Origin: Dehalococcoidia bacterium
Lineage (GTDB): Bacteria; Chloroflexota; Dehalococcoidia; Bin125
Direction of reading: 5' to 3'
Assembly: GCA_022828105.1 (NCBI GenBank)
Contig: JAJEJC010000007.1
Coordinates: 336,688 to 400,687, forward strand
Length of the DNA stretch: 64,000 nt
In this document: piece after piece, positions 62,169-64,000 of the stretch
Numbering within the stretch: the first letter of the stretch is position 1
Layout of the letters: every line of letters begins with the position of its first letter
Translations under genes and position numbers: made by a program
Notes under the pieces: model-generated
The model's database searches: none
What the model saw: only the letters and a program-made list of their open reading frames with translations
Told to the model about the DNA's origin: nothing

Positions 62169-64000
62169 TCAGGCCGGCGTGAGGGTCAGCTCGCCCTCGC
62201 TGTTGGCTTCGATGTCCTCCCACTCGATGTAGAGCGGGAAGTACTCCATGTTCAGCCACTTCTGCATGTGGTCCTGATAGTGGGGCGAGTCGGGTCGCCC
62301 GGAGTTGCCCGGCGGCAGCACAATCCGCGCGCCGTTGAGATTCGAGAGATCGAAGATCTGCCGGTAGCTCACGCCGTGATCGGCGGGCTGGTTGACGAGG
62401 CCGGTCGCGTTGTTCGGCGTGTTGCCGTCCCCGCCCTTGGGGAAGTCGCCGACGTTGAACCGCGCCGCCCGCTCCGGGTCGCGTCCCAGGTTGTGCCGCC
62501 AGGTCACTGAATGGGCGTCGCCATAGCGCCACATCCCGCGATCGGCGCCGTGTCGTTCGCCGAGCGCTGCGCCGGCGGCAACGAGCGACTCGCCAATCAC
62601 ATCGTCCCAGGACGCGCCCTCGGGCAACGTCAGCGAGCTGTCCGCCCGCAGCTGCTCGTGCAGGATGCGCAACTCGTCGGCGGAGCCTTCGGGCAATCGC
62701 GCCGGCGCGTTGAAGAAGCGGCGCACCGTCCGGCTGATCATCTGCTGGCAGAGCTCCTGGTAGAGCAGGCCGGGCGCAGAGTCGATCGCCAGATGGCCAT
62801 TCCACTCGCTAAGCATTGCCTGCAGTTCCGTCGCCGCGCCATTCACATCAGCCGCCGCGACGCGTCCGGCCATGTAGCGGGCGTGGATGCTGGTCTGGTC
62901 CGACTGGATCTCCGGCATGTCCTCAGGCGACCAGTCGGTACGTCCCTGCAGCAACTCCCGCAGCCGGTCGGCCCGATACGGCGTCTGGCTGAAGGTCAGG
63001 TAGTAGGGATAGTCGGGTGTCGTCGTGCGGTTGTTGGCCGTGATGATCACGCCGGTGGCGGGATTCTGATCCTGTGGCAGTTCGTCGGCCGGGATTTCGC
63101 CGTCCCACTCGTGCGACCCGTCCCAGCCATTGACCGGCGTCAGCCTGGCCTGGCGGATCGGCACGCGGCCCGTGTACTGGTATCCGATCTCCCCCTGCTG
63201 ATCGGCGAAACAGTAGTTGCCGGAGATCGAGTCGTAGCGCTGGAACCCCTTGCGCGCGTCGTGGATGTTGTCCGACCTGAAGATCGGCAGCATGCCGTCG
63301 AAATCGTGACACGGATCGGAGAGAGCGAAGCGGGCGCTGAGCACTTCGTCGTCGGTTTCGGGATCGCCCTGCACGATTGGGCCGTGTCTGGTGGACCAGA
63401 CGGTCTGCGTGACCGGCTCCTCGCCGCGAATCTCGATTACCTCCTCGCGCCGCTGGAGCGGCTCGTCGCCGTCCAACCACTTGGCAACCGGACCAGAGCC
63501 ATTGAGCACGATCCGCTCGCGGTAGACGTCCCAACGGTCGCCCTGGGCATGGGTCATCGTCCATGCGACTTGCGTGTTGTGTCCGTAGTAGACCGGTCCC
63601 GGATAGCCGGGATTGACCGGACCGGCGACCACGAACTCCGGGCACTGCATGTGCATCACGAACCACTGCGGCGGGACGCTGAAGGCGAGATGCGGATCGC
63701 CCACAACCAGCGGCTTGCCGCTGGCGGTGTGTTCGCCGTCAATCACCCAGCAGTTCGATCCGTCCAGGCTGCCGCGGCGAGTACCGGGCTCTGCTTCAAG
63801 GTCGGCCAACGCCTCGGCGAAGGCGTGCCTGCCGTTAGCCCATGACGCGCCCGCCGGCGCGATCAATGCGCCGTCGGCAGGCACGTCGGGTGTCAGTGCC
63901 TGCAACGCGTCCAGGCCGAGCCGGGCGGCGACTTCCGCGTTGCCAATCTTGGTCGACCACTGAAGGTTGGCCGAGACCATCTTAAGAATGGCCAGCGAGT
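62169..64000 (-). CDS. Penicillin acylase family Ntn-hydrolase, partial (5' end beyond window)
   Basis: Autocleavage GSNCW, T.SGKP...DPHL, GHN..VAW..T, TRHGP, TANN, PPGNSG.P.SPHY.D; frame open to the window end. Confidence 0.92.
   Translation of the reverse strand, partial: SLAILKMVSANLQWSTKIGNAEVAARLGLDALQALTPDVPADGALIAPAGASWANGRHAFAEALADLEAEPGTRRGSLDGSNCWVIDGEHTASGKPLVVGDPHLAFSVPPQWFVMHMQCPEFVVAGPVNPGYPGPVYYGHNTQVAWTMTHAQGDRWDVYRERIVLNGSGPVAKWLDGDEPLQRREEVIEIRGEEPVTQTVWSTRHGPIVQGDPETDDEVLSARFALSDPCHDFDGMLPIFRSDNIHDARKGFQRYDSISGNYCFADQQGEIGYQYTGRVPIRQARLTPVNGWDGSHEWDGEIPADELPQDQNPATGVIITANNRTTTPDYPYYLTFSQTPYRADRLRELLQGRTDWSPEDMPEIQSDQTSIHARYMAGRVAAADVNGAATELQAMLSEWNGHLAIDSAPGLLYQELCQQMISRTVRRFFNAPARLPEGSADELRILHEQLRADSSLTLPEGASWDDVIGESLVAAGAALGERHGADRGMWRYGDAHSVTWRHNLGRDPERAARFNVGDFPKGGDGNTPNNATGLVNQPADHGVSYRQIFDLSNLNGARIVLPPGNSGRPDSPHYQDHMQKWLNMEYFPLYIEWEDIEANSEGELTLTPA

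Overview
High-GC bacterial chromosomal segment. Gene content and order (der-plsY-gpsA-HEAT, cdaA-cdaR, F420-type LLM oxidoreductases, Uma2, family III CoA-transferase) suggest Chloroflexota (Dehalococcoidia/SAR202-like), which is an inference. Positions 1-27.6 kb are mostly housekeeping: fmdB-like/recO/recR/ybaB/dnaX/ybeY, a complex I operon nuoA-C-D-H-J-K-(orf)-L-M-N that lacks every Fe-S subunit (no nuoB, nuoI, nuoEFG), cdaA-cdaR-der-plsY-gpsA, argF, comEA-comEC and tRNA-Leu(TAA). Positions 27.6-64 kb hold tRNA-Ser(TGA), serS and many catabolic/redox accessory genes. The strongest hidden signal is an in-frame UGA gene at 38019-38555 (-), missed by the ORF track. It reads ...GSCD-U-GSC... and is followed by a SECIS-like hairpin, so it is a probable UGSC-family selenoprotein. 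It lies in a co-oriented run with an Rdx/SelW-like CxxC protein, an LLM oxidoreductase, RidA and a 354-aa partner of unknown function. Other notable features: a MoaD-like carrier with a masked C-terminal GG paired with an Asp-box propeller, tandem copper amine oxidases with an orphan ectB-like aminotransferase, a dispersed double-hairpin repeat family, a DnaX without its zinc module and a LexA-like box in its promoter. No CRISPR array, rRNA, integrase or transposase was seen. All calls are from motif recognition by eye; no database search was run.
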